Below, piece after piece: positions 62,671-64,000 of a stretch of 64,000 bases of DNA (within the stretch, counting starts at the first letter, position 1; each line of letters starts with the position of its first letter). This stretch comes from Camelus dromedarius. Its lineage: Eukaryota. The stretch covers positions 14,384,001 to 14,448,000 of the forward strand of contig NC_087444.1 in assembly GCF_036321535.1 (NCBI RefSeq), read 5' to 3'. The position numbers were made by a program, and so were the translations under genes. The notes under the pieces were generated by a model. That model saw nothing but the letters and a program-made list of their open reading frames with translations. It made no database searches and had not been told where the DNA came from.

Positions 62671-64000
62671 TAAAAAGGGATACTAGGTAGAGAGAAAGAT
62701 TAACAAAGGTGGGTTTTGTTTGTTTTTCTAAAGAAAGATGCAACTTGGAAGTTTTCCCTTTTGAGGGGAAGCAGCTGTAGAGGAGAGGCTGGTGATCCCA
62801 GGACAACTGATGATCAGGGACCTTAAAGAGATGGAGGAGGATGGGCTCCTTCTGGACCAATGCTCCCAAATGCCTGACCTTCTTACACTGACCATCAGAA
62901 TCACCCAAGGAGATTTCAAAAATACAGATTTCTGCTAGACAGCCAAAGACTGATGGACAGCCAGGTTTAGAAACCATGAGTTAGAGCTTGGAAAACTGGA
63001 AGTGCCCCTTTTTTCAAGTGAAGAAAACTCTGGTCAGGTATTAATGCAGTAAGTAGTAGAGCATGGATGAGACACACCTGATCACTTCTTCAAAGCAACA
63101 CTGGAATTGCATTGAAACTGAGTAAGCTGAAAAATATCTTCACAGTTTTAGTTCAACCAAGCAGGCCTTAGAACCTTCACTGTGAAATCAAAAGAGCCAC
63201 ACATGAATTACCCTGAGGTAGCAAGAAGATAGTCTTAGAGGAAATGCCAAGAGCCTATCTCATTCAGTAGCATAGAAAACAAAGTCTGAAAGGAACTGAC
63301 AAAATCCCTCTTAAGGGTCAGGATGGGGTTAGCAAGGCATTTGTTGCACCTCATCATCTCAGAGGCCGGCATGAAGAGGAAGAAGCATTTCCAAATCTTT
63401 GCTAATTAGGTGAAAAAACAACAATTTACAAAGTTTTTCCATTTCCATTCCAAATCCCCCATCTTCCCATTACTGCTCAAAGAGCAAGCCACCCTGCCCT
63501 CCAATCCTCTCTCCAACTCTTCTCAGACCTTCCCAACTTCAGGCCATCCCGTCATTCTGGCATCCAATTTTGCCCTTTTCACTGCAGCCTATGGAACCCG
63601 GCTCTCCTGCTGACAGATGGACCAATACTCTCCAGTACTCTCTCCATTCTTCTGCCCATAACCAGTCAATTCTCTGCCAGAGATTAATCCAATGATACAT
63701 TTTCTCAATCTATGCTGATATAGCTGAAAAGTATCCTGGTAAGTGCTGACTGGTTTAATTACTGATTTGTGATTACAGCTTCCTCAGTTGGCCTTTAATT
63801 TTTTTTAATTAAAACATAAAATACATATATACTATACCTCCAAGGGTAACCACTACCCTGACTTGTTTACAACAATTTGTTTTGTGATTCCAGCCTCAGC
63901 TAGTATTTTAATGTGGCCCAGCAATCTTTTCACTCATCCCTGTTTTCTCTTTTCCCTATCCATATTGACTTTTCCAAATATTTCCCATTCTTAACTGCAC

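Overview
Mammalian genomic window, probably from a camelid (inferred from the tRNA-derived SINE type; no Alu, B1/B2, Bov-tA or PRE1 elements seen). The minus strand carries almost the whole SORT1 (sortilin) coding region, from the ATG at 55785 to the TAG stop at 6-8. Eighteen of the 20 canonical exons are visible, and every visible splice junction is GT-AG. Exons 6 and 19 fall exactly in N runs (22170-22310 and 219-374), and reading-frame phase arithmetic shows both are required. The predicted protein is 833 aa, two Leu longer than human. The SORT1 CpG-island promoter has twin CCAAT boxes. The last coding exon and poly(A) signal of PSMA5 lie about 3.3 kb upstream of the SORT1 ATG on the same strand. 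The introns hold L1, L2, MIR, MER DNA transposons, an MLT LTR and three young SINEs. Main observations: (1) an intact, in-frame, stop-free 99-nt copy of the TDP-43-regulated exon 17b, with a UG-rich acceptor and an N-glycosylation sequon; (2) a TSD-flanked orphan retroposed insertion with two tandem AATAAA plus poly(A) modules next to exon 7; (3) an apparently internally primed L1 ORF2 fragment; (4) a Trp-to-Arg change at a conserved Asp-box position; (5) a NAGNAG acceptor at exon 8. I found no evidence for a wholly new multi-gene system. Residue comparisons with human and mouse are from memory and need checking by alignment.
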